Origin: Parabacteroides goldsteinii | GTDB taxonomy: Bacteria; Bacillota_I; Bacilli_A; RFN20; CAG-826 | Direction: 5' to 3' | DNA: 45,158 nucleotides | NCBI GenBank assembly: GCA_963632335.1 | Contig: CAVGUA010000081.1 | Span: 12,131-57,288, forward strand | In this document: positions 27,269 through 36,285 of the stretch, piece by piece | Layout: each line of letters starts with the position of its first letter | How positions within the stretch are numbered: the first letter of the stretch is position 1 | Translations under genes and position numbers: made by a program | The notes under the pieces: generated by a model | Seen by the model: the letters and a program-made list of their open reading frames with translations, nothing else | What the model was told of the DNA's origin: nothing | Databases searched by the model: none

Positions 27269-28099
27269 ATGAGTGATCAAGAAAATTGCAATCATAAATG
27301 TGAAGGTTGTTCTGTAGAAAATTGTTCCGGAAGAAGTGGAATTGAAAAAATTAAACCAAATTCTCAGAGTAGTTTTAAACATGTAATAGGTGTTGTTAGT
27401 GGTAAAGGAGGCGTTGGAAAATCATTTGTTACTTCAATGCTTGCTGTATCTTTAAATAAACTAGGATATAAAGTTGGAATTTTAGATGGAGATATTACTG
27501 GTCCATCAATTCCAAAAACTTTTAATATCCATGAACAAGCAACTGGTGATGGAGTTAGTTTAATTTTTCCAGCCGTTACTAAAACAGGTATTAAAGTTAT
27601 TTCGTCAAATATGCTTTTGCCTAACGAAACTGATCCTATTATTTGGAGAGGAACATTAATTTCGAGTTTATTAACTCAATTTTATACAGATGTTTTATGG
27701 GAAGAATTAGACTATTTATTAATTGATATGCCACCAGGAACTGGAGATGTTACTTTAACTACATTCCAATCGATTCCTTTAGATGGTGTTATTATCGTTA
27801 CTTCACCTCAAGATCTTGTTAGTGTAATTGTTAAAAAAGCTGTTAATATGGCAAAGCAAATGAATGTAAAAGTTCTCGGTCTCATCGAGAATATGTCATA
27901 TGTGGAATGCCCAAATTGTAAAGAACATATAGAAATTTATGGAAAATCACATGCTAGCGAAGTTGCAAAAGACGAGGGTATTGATTTACTTGGACAATTA
28001 CCAATTAAAGTTGGAGTAAGTAATTTAATTGATGAAGGAAAAGCCGAAGAAATTTCATTTAAGGAATTTGATGATATAGTTAATAAAATTGTTAAATAG
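27269..28099 (+). CDS. Mrp/NBP35 family iron-sulfur cluster carrier ATPase
   Basis: Deviant Walker A SGKGGVGKS, a CPNC(K) cluster motif and an N-terminal Cys-rich stretch (CNHKCEGCSVENC). Confidence 0.85.
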   Translation: MSDQENCNHKCEGCSVENCSGRSGIEKIKPNSQSSFKHVIGVVSGKGGVGKSFVTSMLAVSLNKLGYKVGILDGDITGPSIPKTFNIHEQATGDGVSLIFPAVTKTGIKVISSNMLLPNETDPIIWRGTLISSLLTQFYTDVLWEELDYLLIDMPPGTGDVTLTTFQSIPLDGVIIVTSPQDLVSVIVKKAVNMAKQMNVKVLGLIENMSYVECPNCKEHIEIYGKSHASEVAKDEGIDLLGQLPIKVGVSNLIDEGKAEEISFKEFDDIVNKIVK

Positions 28100-28111
28100 A
28101 AAGGGTATCTT

Positions 28112-29377
28112 ATGATAAACGTTAAAGAATTTAAAGATAGAAGAGCCAAATTATATAGTTTATTAGATGATAATAGCGTCTTAATTCTTTATGCCGGTAT
28201 TGCTAAAAAAAGCAGTGCTGATGAGACATATGATTTTATAGGGAATAGAAATTTCTATTATTTAACTAATATTGAACAAGAAGGTTCAATTCTTGTTGCG
28301 GTTAAAAACGACCAAATAGTTACAGAATTTTTATTTGTATCAGAATATGATGAAAATAAAGAAAAATGGACTGGAAAAAGATTAACAAGCGATCAAGCTT
28401 CAAAATTAAGCGGGGTAAATAATGTTTTATTCTTAAATACTTTTGAAGCGCAAATGAATATGATTTTAAATAAAGATACTCATGCTTATGGTCTTTTTGA
28501 TAAGATTTATTTAGATTTGGATTCTGAAATTAAAGTTGCTGAAAGAACAACAACTAGAGAAATAATGGAACAAATGCAAGAAAAGCATAAAGATATTAAA
28601 TTCTTTGATGTTTATAAAACCATTTGTGATTTAAGAGCCGTTAAAAGCGCTCAAGAAGTTGAAGAACTTAAGCAAGCTGTTGCAAAAACCAAGATTGGTC
28701 TAAATAAAATCATTGGCGCTATTAAACCTGGCATGTATGAATATCAATTATCTGCTTTATTTAAATATGCTGTAAGCGATTATGATAATTCCGATTTATC
28801 GTTTCCTACTATTTCTGCAAGTGGGAAAAATGCTGTAATTTTGCACTATCCAAATGGAAGTTCGAAACTTACTGATGGCGATTTAGTTTTATTTGATTTA
28901 GGTGCAAAAAATAATGGATATTGTGGTGATATTTCACGTACATTCCCGGTTAATGGTAAATTTAGCGAACAACAAAAACAAATTTACGAAATAGTTCTTG
29001 GTTGCAATAAAATGATTATTAAATCTGTTAAACCAGGAATTACTTTGAAAGAATTACAACAAAAAGCTGTTGAATATATGGCAAGAAAGTGTCTTGAAGC
29101 CAATTTAATTAAAAATTTAGAAGATATTCGGAATGTTTATTATCACAGCGTATCTCATCATATTGGCTTAGATTGCCATGATCCAATGAACATAACAATG
29201 CCACTTGTTAGTGGAAACATTATTAGTGATGAGCCAGGCTTATATTTCAAGGAACTTGGTATAGGTGTTAGAATTGAAGATGATTTATTAGTCACTGATG
29301 ATGGTTGTTATTGTTTATCTGGGAATATTATAAAAGAAGTTAATGATATAGAAAAAGCTATGCTATTTAAGGAGTAA
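28112..29377 (+). CDS. Xaa-Pro aminopeptidase (M24B family)
   Basis: 421 aa with an N-terminal AMP_N-like domain. Metal ligands are in FDLGA..NGYCGDISRTF, HHIGLD.HD, EPGLY and IRIEDD. Confidence 0.85.
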   Translation: MINVKEFKDRRAKLYSLLDDNSVLILYAGIAKKSSADETYDFIGNRNFYYLTNIEQEGSILVAVKNDQIVTEFLFVSEYDENKEKWTGKRLTSDQASKLSGVNNVLFLNTFEAQMNMILNKDTHAYGLFDKIYLDLDSEIKVAERTTTREIMEQMQEKHKDIKFFDVYKTICDLRAVKSAQEVEELKQAVAKTKIGLNKIIGAIKPGMYEYQLSALFKYAVSDYDNSDLSFPTISASGKNAVILHYPNGSSKLTDGDLVLFDLGAKNNGYCGDISRTFPVNGKFSEQQKQIYEIVLGCNKMIIKSVKPGITLKELQQKAVEYMARKCLEANLIKNLEDIRNVYYHSVSHHIGLDCHDPMNITMPLVSGNIISDEPGLYFKELGIGVRIEDDLLVTDDGCYCLSGNIIKEVNDIEKAMLFKE

Positions 29378-29380
29378 AAT

Positions 29381-30670
29381 ATGAAATACAAGTGCTTAGT
29401 TTGTGGTCAAATTATTGATAACAATGAAATGTGTCCATTTTGTGGAAGCGATTCTTCTCAAATTGTTCCTATTGAATCAGAGGGAAAAACTGGTCATTAT
29501 AGGTGTTTAGTTTGTGGAAGAGAAACTGAAAATGGCGATTATTGCCCATATTGTGGCAGTCAAAGATTATATAATCTTGATAGCCGTAAAGTTGAAAATA
29601 CTACATCAATTAATATTCAAAATGGCGAAAATAATAAACCTGAAGTAAATAAAAGTGAGCATTATGAACATGTTCATTACGAAAATAAGAATGGTTTCTT
29701 TTTTGAAAAACCTGAAGAAGTAACACATAACGAAAATGAGATGCACGAAGAAGAAAGTGCTGCTCCATATCAAGAATTTAATGCTCCTAAACTTGAAGAG
29801 GAAGAACATCCTGAATTTGATCAAAATGAAGAACATAATGAAGAAGATGAAACTTTCGAATCTCGATATTTCAATATGTTTGGTGAAATGCTTCCATTAG
29901 ATTCTATTCAAAATCCAGATCCAGAAAAAGTTGAAACTCTTTATAGAATGGGTGTTGAAAGAGGATACAAAATTTCTCCAGAAGAAGTCGCTTCAGCTTT
30001 TGCTGAAGAAGAATATAGTGACGAAGTAGCAGAACCAGTTCATGAAGAAGAATATCATGAGGAATATCATGAAGAAGAACCACATTTCGAAGAGAACAAT
30101 GAAAACATTCAGGAAGAAAATGTTGCTCCTGAACAAGAAAATTTCATTCGTGAACCTGAAGAAGTCATTCATGAAACTGAACAAGTAATTCCTGAAGCTG
30201 AAGAAGTTAAAAATGAAGTTGAAGAAACTTTAGAAGAAAATGTTGGGGTTGAACAACCTGAAGTTGAAGAAGAAAATGTTGGGGTTGAACAACCAGAGTC
30301 AGAAGAAGAAAATACAGAAGTTGAGCATATAGAAGCCGAAGAAGAAATCGACCCTGAAATGACAAATCATGGTATTGAAGAAAACATTTTTGATGAAGAA
30401 GATTTAGAAAAAGAATTATATGCAGCTGTTTCTTTGATGCTTTTAAAGAAAGAGTCTAGTGAAGATGATGAAATTGTTGTTCCTTTATTAAATTTATTAA
30501 AAGAAAAGGTATTGGATAATGTTCAAGAAAATCTTGATATTGATGATGAAGAAAATAAAATTCTTTCATTACTTGACGCTTTAGTTGCTAAAGGTAAAGA
30601 AACTAATGATGAAAAACTTCTTAAATATAAGAAATTTTTAGGTATATTTAGAGCTTTATTCGATAAGTAA
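29381..30670 (+). CDS. Double zinc-ribbon protein with long acidic, repeat-containing region
   Basis: Two rubredoxin-like units are present (YKCLVCGQ...CPFCGS and YRCLVCGR...CPYCGS). They are followed by about 250 aa very rich in E and a helical C-terminus. RBS AAGGAG. Confidence 0.6.
   Translation: MKYKCLVCGQIIDNNEMCPFCGSDSSQIVPIESEGKTGHYRCLVCGRETENGDYCPYCGSQRLYNLDSRKVENTTSINIQNGENNKPEVNKSEHYEHVHYENKNGFFFEKPEEVTHNENEMHEEESAAPYQEFNAPKLEEEEHPEFDQNEEHNEEDETFESRYFNMFGEMLPLDSIQNPDPEKVETLYRMGVERGYKISPEEVASAFAEEEYSDEVAEPVHEEEYHEEYHEEEPHFEENNENIQEENVAPEQENFIREPEEVIHETEQVIPEAEEVKNEVEETLEENVGVEQPEVEEENVGVEQPESEEENTEVEHIEAEEEIDPEMTNHGIEENIFDEEDLEKELYAAVSLMLLKKESSEDDEIVVPLLNLLKEKVLDNVQENLDIDDEENKILSLLDALVAKGKETNDEKLLKYKKFLGIFRALFDK
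30233..30313 (+). repeat. In-frame 36-nt tandem repeat (2 copies plus a partial third)
   Basis: GAAGAAAATGTTGGGGTTGAACAACC occurs at 30233-30258 and again at 30269-30294, with GAAGAAGAAAAT restarting at 30302. It encodes EENVGVEQPE(V/S)EE. Confidence 0.85.
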
Positions 30671-30673
30671 TTT

Positions 30674-31312
30674 ATGATAAAAAATATATTTTTCGATTTT
30701 AATGGCACCATTTTAAATGATCTTGAGCTTTGTTGTAATATTGAACAAGTTATGATGGAAAGAAATGGACTTAGACCATACACGATGCAAGAGTATTTAG
30801 ATAAGTTCTTTTTTCCAGTAAAGGAATACTATGATTGCATAGGAATCAAGAATGAAAATTTCTTGGATGCAGCGGACTTTTTTAATAAACAATATTTTTC
30901 AAGATGGTCTAAAGAGACTTATCTTTATAATGGTATTGTTGAAGCTTTGAAAGATTTAAAAAAGAATGGCTATAGATTATTTGTTTTATCTGCAACCAAA
31001 CAAGAATTCTTAGATGAACAACTTAAATTTTTAGGAATCTATGATATGTTTGAAGGAACGTGTGGTGCTAGAAATGATCTAGGCGGTTCAAAAATAGAAT
31101 ATGGGAAAGCATATGCTAAATTGCATAATGTTAATCCAAATGAAACAATTATGATTGGTGATACAATTCATGATTATGAAGTTTCTAAAGAGTTAGGATT
31201 TAATTGTCTACTTTTTACAAAAGGTCACAATTCAAAATGGCGATTAGAAAAATTAGGTGTAAAGACATTTGACGATTACAAGAATTTATTAGAAGTAGTT
31301 AAAACATTCTAA
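30674..31312 (+). CDS. HAD superfamily hydrolase (PGP/PpaX-like fold) with atypical motif I
   Basis: Motif I reads FFDFNGT (DxN instead of DxD). Motif II is LSAT, with a Lys in GGSK and motif IV GDTIHD. Confidence 0.75.
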   Translation: MIKNIFFDFNGTILNDLELCCNIEQVMMERNGLRPYTMQEYLDKFFFPVKEYYDCIGIKNENFLDAADFFNKQYFSRWSKETYLYNGIVEALKDLKKNGYRLFVLSATKQEFLDEQLKFLGIYDMFEGTCGARNDLGGSKIEYGKAYAKLHNVNPNETIMIGDTIHDYEVSKELGFNCLLFTKGHNSKWRLEKLGVKTFDDYKNLLEVVKTF

Positions 31313-31367
31313 ATTGATTAGGTTTTTGGTTTATTTTTATTTATAAAAATAAGATAATGTTTTTATT

Positions 31368-32951
31368 ATGAAAAGAAGGAACAGATTTCAACTAAGAGTT
31401 TTTATTAGCGCATTACTATTTCTCTTACAAGTTATCCTTGTAATTAGTTTTTTCATAGTTTTAATTTTGACTCCTTTTGGCACTGAATATTATATTGGAT
31501 CGCTTATTGTTTTATTGCTTTTTGATTCAATTATAGGTTTATTTATTGCTAATACAAAAGTTGAAGCTTCTTTTAAGATAAGTTGGTTAGTAGTGGTTAT
31601 TTGTTTCCCCTTTGTTGGAGGTTTTTTATACTTGCTTTTTGCTAATAAATTAACAACCAAAAAAATGCGAACACAAAGGTTTGCTGTAATTAACGATTTA
31701 TCAGTAAAACTAAAACCAGATTGTTCTAAAGAACTTGTGGCATTATCTAAAAAAAGTGCAAATGCAGGGAATATTGCGAATTATTTATATTTAAATGCAA
31801 ATAGTGGCACATATACAAATACAGAAGTTACGTATTTTAAAATTGGTGATTTAAGTTTAAATCCAATGGTTGATGAGTTAAAAAAAGCTAAGAAATTCAT
31901 CTTTTTAGAATATTTTATTATGCAATCAGGTGAATTTTTTGATTCAATTTTTAGTGTTTTGGTTGATAAGGTCAAAGAAGGCGTAGATGTTAGACTTATT
32001 TACGATGATTTTGGTTGTTCTAGCAAAATGTCATCTTTTTTCTATAAAGAAGTTAGAAAAGCAGGAATCAAATGTTATCCATTTAATGTTATTAGACCAT
32101 TTTTAGATATTCGTCAAAATAATCGTGATCATAGAAAAATTACTATAATTGATGGAGTTGTTGGTTTTACTGGTGGAATAAATATTGCTGATGAATACAT
32201 TAACATTGGTTCAAAATATGGTTTATGGAAGGATAATTGTGTAATGCTTAAAGGACCAGCAGTGAATGGTCTAACAACACTCTTCTTATCAATATGGCAT
32301 TTCTTTGAAAAAAAGAAAAAAGAAGAAGAGACTTTAATTGATGTTTCTAAATATTCTTATTACACAAATGAAAAATTAGATGTTAGAGAAAATAAAAAGC
32401 AAAGAGGATTTGTCATTCCTTTTGGTGAAGAACCTTTTGATGGAGAAGACACTGCTAGAAATGTATTTTTACAAATGATTTCTAAAGCTAATAAATATAT
32501 TTATATTTCTACTCCTTACTTAATTTTAGATGAAGAATTAATTACATCACTAGAGGTTGCCGCAAAATCAGGGATAGATGTAAGAATAATCACTCCTGGA
32601 ACTCCTGATAAAAAATTAGTATACCAGTGCACAAGAAGTTTTTATGGAACGCTTCTTGTTAATGGTGTAAAGATTTACGAATATAAACCAGGTTTTAATC
32701 ACGAAAAGATGATTGTTGTTGATGGTGTTATGGCAGAGACAGGAACAATCAATTTTGATTTTAGGAGTTTATATCTTCACTATGAAAATGGAATTTTCTT
32801 TTATGGTGGTAAAGAAGTGGAAGATATGGATAACGACTTAAAAGAAATGATTAAAGATTCAAAAGAAATTTATTTTAGTAATTACTTAAAAATATCTAAA
32901 CTAAAGAAAATTTGGTGGTCAATATTAAGAATATTTTCAACATTATTTTAA
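31368..32951 (+). CDS. cls: Cardiolipin synthase
   Basis: N-terminal TM helices and two HKD motifs (HRKITIIDG and HEKMIVVDG). Confidence 0.9.
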   Translation: MKRRNRFQLRVFISALLFLLQVILVISFFIVLILTPFGTEYYIGSLIVLLLFDSIIGLFIANTKVEASFKISWLVVVICFPFVGGFLYLLFANKLTTKKMRTQRFAVINDLSVKLKPDCSKELVALSKKSANAGNIANYLYLNANSGTYTNTEVTYFKIGDLSLNPMVDELKKAKKFIFLEYFIMQSGEFFDSIFSVLVDKVKEGVDVRLIYDDFGCSSKMSSFFYKEVRKAGIKCYPFNVIRPFLDIRQNNRDHRKITIIDGVVGFTGGINIADEYINIGSKYGLWKDNCVMLKGPAVNGLTTLFLSIWHFFEKKKKEEETLIDVSKYSYYTNEKLDVRENKKQRGFVIPFGEEPFDGEDTARNVFLQMISKANKYIYISTPYLILDEELITSLEVAAKSGIDVRIITPGTPDKKLVYQCTRSFYGTLLVNGVKIYEYKPGFNHEKMIVVDGVMAETGTINFDFRSLYLHYENGIFFYGGKEVEDMDNDLKEMIKDSKEIYFSNYLKISKLKKIWWSILRIFSTLF

Positions 32952-32969
32952 ACTTGCGAGGGAAGGACA

Positions 32970-33680
32970 ATGAATCAATTAGAGTGTAAAAACATTTCCA
33001 AAGTATATGGAAATAAAAAGAAAAACCAAGCTGAGATAGTGGCTTTAGAAGACGCTTCATTTTCAATTAAAAAAGGTGAAGTAGTTGTTATTTTGGGACC
33101 TAGTGGAGCTGGCAAAACTACTCTTTTAAATATATTAGGTGCAATGGATAAGGCAAGCGATGGTAGTTATTTTCTAGATGGGAAAAATGTTACGAAAATG
33201 AAAGAAAAAGATCTTGCTCGTTTTAGAAGGGAAGATATTGGTTTTGTTTTCCAATTCTACAATTTAATGCCAAATTTAAATGCTTATGAAAATGTATATT
33301 TAGCTGCAAGTTTAGTTAAAAATCCATATGATGTTCATAAAGTTATGGAACTTGTTGGATTAAAGGATCGAGAGAAGAATTTTCCTTCTCAACTTAGTGG
33401 AGGAGAGCAACAAAGAGTTGCTATCGCACGTGCACTTGTTAAGAACCCAACGTTACTTCTTTGTGATGAACCAACCGGTGCGCTTGATTCGAAAACTGGC
33501 GCACAAATCATTTCTTTGTTATTAAAAGTAGCAAAAGAACAAAAGAAAACAGTAATTATTGTTACTCATAATAGAGCTATCTCAATAATTGCAGATAGAA
33601 TTATTAAAGTTCAAGATGGTCATATTATTTCAAATGAAGTTATTAAAAATCCAAAGAAAGCAGAAGATATAAAATGGTAA
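32970..33680 (+). CDS. ABC transporter ATP-binding protein (MacB/LolD-type)
   Basis: Walker [10 protein letters not shown], signature LSGGEQQR and Walker B LLLCDEPT. Confidence 0.92.
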   Translation: MNQLECKNISKVYGNKKKNQAEIVALEDASFSIKKGEVVVILGPSGAGKTTLLNILGAMDKASDGSYFLDGKNVTKMKEKDLARFRREDIGFVFQFYNLMPNLNAYENVYLAASLVKNPYDVHKVMELVGLKDREKNFPSQLSGGEQQRVAIARALVKNPTLLLCDEPTGALDSKTGAQIISLLLKVAKEQKKTVIIVTHNRAISIIADRIIKVQDGHIISNEVIKNPKKAEDIKW

Positions 33681-36196
33681 GAACAACTTGGGTATTGGCT
33701 CAAAAATTAAGGAGAGACATATCTCGTAATTTCCTGCAATTTATTGCAATTATTTTTATTTTAGCAACTTGTGTTTCTTTATTTTTAGGATTAACTGCAA
33801 ATGCTTATGAATTTAATAAAAGAGTCGAAGAAGTTTATGATTCTAATCATGGAAACCTTGCAGATGTTTGGATTACTGTAAATGACTATAATGAAGATGA
33901 TTACAATAATATTGCAAAATTTAATAAAGATGATGATAAAAAATTAATCGAAAAGAGACTTATTATGCCAGCAATGTACGAAGGTTATTCTACATATGGT
34001 TTAATGAGTGAAAATCTTCCAACAATTAACAAAGCATATGATGTTGAATTAAATAATGTATATGAAGAAGATAAAGATTATTTCTTTTTATATATACCTT
34101 ATGAATATAAAACTAGATTTGAAAAATCTAAGTTAGGAGATGATGTTGAAATTTCTTATTCATCTAGTTCTTTAGCAAGTATTTTTAATGGAATAATTTC
34201 TAGTTTAGGTGATACACCTTTAGGAATTGATGCAAAAAATCATATTAGTAGCGCTTTTAAAGGCGAAGAAACAAATTTAAAATTTAAAGTTTCTGCTTAT
34301 ATGTCACAACCTGAAAATATACAAAATGCCCAATTTAATAGTGCTTATTTTTTACTAGGTAACAAATATTTTCTTTATAAATCGGTAAATAAAATTATTG
34401 ATACATATGATGATACGGCTACTAATTATACTAAGGCGATATTTGAAACAATTAGAGATAATATTTTGAGTGATAGTAGTGACCTTGATGAATTACTAAC
34501 AAATTTAAATAATCAATACGTTGTTAAATTGAATGAAAATATAACAAGAGACGAATATATAGATGATTTAAATACTTATTTTCAAAAAAATAATCGTCTT
34601 TCTTCAATTATGAACAAGGATAATTTACCTAGTAATAGCGTTGTTCAAAATGATATTCAACAAGCTAAACAATTAACATATGTTTTCCCTGTTATATTCT
34701 TTGTTGTAGCAATTTTAGTAGTTTTAACGACTATTTCTCAAATGATTTTAAAGCAAAGGATGCAAATTGGAACTTTAAAATCTTTAGGTGTTAGAAAAGG
34801 AAGAATAGTTTTTTATTACATGTCATTAATGTCAACAGTTGCATTAATTGGAACTTTATTAGGAGCAATTATTGGGCCACTTACAATTGCAAAAGTTTTG
34901 GATACCAAATATAAACTTTTATATAGCTTGCCTAAATTTAATTATTATTGGCCAATAAAAGAAATGCTTTTGGTTATTGTTTTGATTATATTATTAGTTT
35001 CAGTTTTAACATCGATTATCATTCATAACGAACTTATACTAAGTCCCGCTGATTCAATGAGACCTAAAGCACCTAATTATAAATTTCATGAAACTAAGCA
35101 TGAAACAAAACATACTTCAATGATGATGGCTTTAAGAAATATTAAAATTCATTTTACAAAATCTTTGATGGTCATTATTGGAATTATGGGCTGTACAGGC
35201 TTACTAATTTGTGGTTTTGGAATTGATGACACAATTAATTATGGCAAAGATCTTGATATGAATAGTTACTATTGTACCGATGTAAATGTTACTTATAGTC
35301 CAGGAACTTTATCATTAAAAGATGAAATTGAAAATATCGATGGTGTAAGTAATTGTGAAGAATATACAGTAATTTCTGTTCAAGCGACTGATTTAGATAA
35401 GGAAAATTTTATCAATACACAAGTTATTTATTTTGATAGATATGATTCTACTAATTTTAAATATGAAAAGTGGTTGGATGATGGAATTGGAATAAGTGAA
35501 TCTACCGCTGAACAATTAGGTGTTAAAGAAGATGATAAAGTTACGTTTATCCTTAATGGTCAAGAATATACTTTTTATGTAAATAAAGTTTTTTACACAT
35601 TCTCGATTAAGGGTTTATTTATCTATCATCAAACACTTGAAAATTTAGTTGATTATAAAACAAATGCATGGGTGAATGTGAAAAATATCGACGATGTCGA
35701 TAAAATATCATTGGAGATTAAGGATTTAGATGGCGTAAGTTCATCTATGACACGTATAGAAAGAATGGATACAATTAATGGTTATGTTTCGGCAATTGGT
35801 CAAATGACAATTGTTATTAAAGTATTTGCTATTATACTTGCAGTTATTGTGTTAATTAATCTAGCAATTCTTAATTTTGAAGAAAGAAAAAGGGAAATTG
35901 CCACCCTTAGGGTTTTAGGATTTAAACGAAGAGAGATTGCTGCATCATTAATTTATGAAGTAATGATTTTAACAATGATTGGTGCAACTTTAGGATTATT
36001 TTTAGGTTATCCATTAACATTTATTGTATTGTTTGTTAATAAAACACCACTTGTTAGTTTCTATTATTATGTGGCCCCAATTTCTTATTTGTTTGGCTTT
36101 GCATTATCTTTTATTACAGCTTTAGTTGTTAATTTAATCATCACCCGAAGAGTAAATAAAATTTCAATGTCTGAGTCATTAAAATCAATTGAATAA
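33674..36196 (+). CDS. ABC transporter permease with two FtsX domains
   Basis: 840 aa. The start overlaps the ATPase stop (ATGGTAA). There are two TM bundles (about residues 330-450 and 700-830), each preceded by a large extracytoplasmic segment, as in FtsX/MacB-type permeases. Confidence 0.85.
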   Translation: MVRTTWVLAQKLRRDISRNFLQFIAIIFILATCVSLFLGLTANAYEFNKRVEEVYDSNHGNLADVWITVNDYNEDDYNNIAKFNKDDDKKLIEKRLIMPAMYEGYSTYGLMSENLPTINKAYDVELNNVYEEDKDYFFLYIPYEYKTRFEKSKLGDDVEISYSSSSLASIFNGIISSLGDTPLGIDAKNHISSAFKGEETNLKFKVSAYMSQPENIQNAQFNSAYFLLGNKYFLYKSVNKIIDTYDDTATNYTKAIFETIRDNILSDSSDLDELLTNLNNQYVVKLNENITRDEYIDDLNTYFQKNNRLSSIMNKDNLPSNSVVQNDIQQAKQLTYVFPVIFFVVAILVVLTTISQMILKQRMQIGTLKSLGVRKGRIVFYYMSLMSTVALIGTLLGAIIGPLTIAKVLDTKYKLLYSLPKFNYYWPIKEMLLVIVLIILLVSVLTSIIIHNELILSPADSMRPKAPNYKFHETKHETKHTSMMMALRNIKIHFTKSLMVIIGIMGCTGLLICGFGIDDTINYGKDLDMNSYYCTDVNVTYSPGTLSLKDEIENIDGVSNCEEYTVISVQATDLDKENFINTQVIYFDRYDSTNFKYEKWLDDGIGISESTAEQLGVKEDDKVTFILNGQEYTFYVNKVFYTFSIKGLFIYHQTLENLVDYKTNAWVNVKNIDDVDKISLEIKDLDGVSSSMTRIERMDTINGYVSAIGQMTIVIKVFAIILAVIVLINLAILNFEERKREIATLRVLGFKRREIAASLIYEVMILTMIGATLGLFLGYPLTFIVLFVNKTPLVSFYYYVAPISYLFGFALSFITALVVNLIITRRVNKISMSESLKSIE

Positions 36197-36201
36197 AGTA
36201 A

Positions 36202-36240
36202 AAGTGCAAGTATGAATTTTGTAGTTTCATACTTGCACTT
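36202..36240 (+). terminator. Terminator hairpin after the ABC permease
   Basis: A perfect 15-bp stem, AAGTGCAAGTATGAA (36202-36216)/TTCATACTTGCACTT (36226-36240), with a 9-nt loop. The tail is only weakly T-rich. Confidence 0.6.
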
Positions 36241-36244
36241 AATT

Positions 36245-36270
36245 AAAAAACCCATACGGTAACCGCATGG
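36245..36270 (-). terminator. Terminator for typA (minus strand)
   Basis: On the minus strand, CCATGCGG-TTA-CCGTATGG (one mismatch) is followed by GTTTTTT. Confidence 0.6.
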
Positions 36271-36285
36271 ATTATTTTTTATCGT

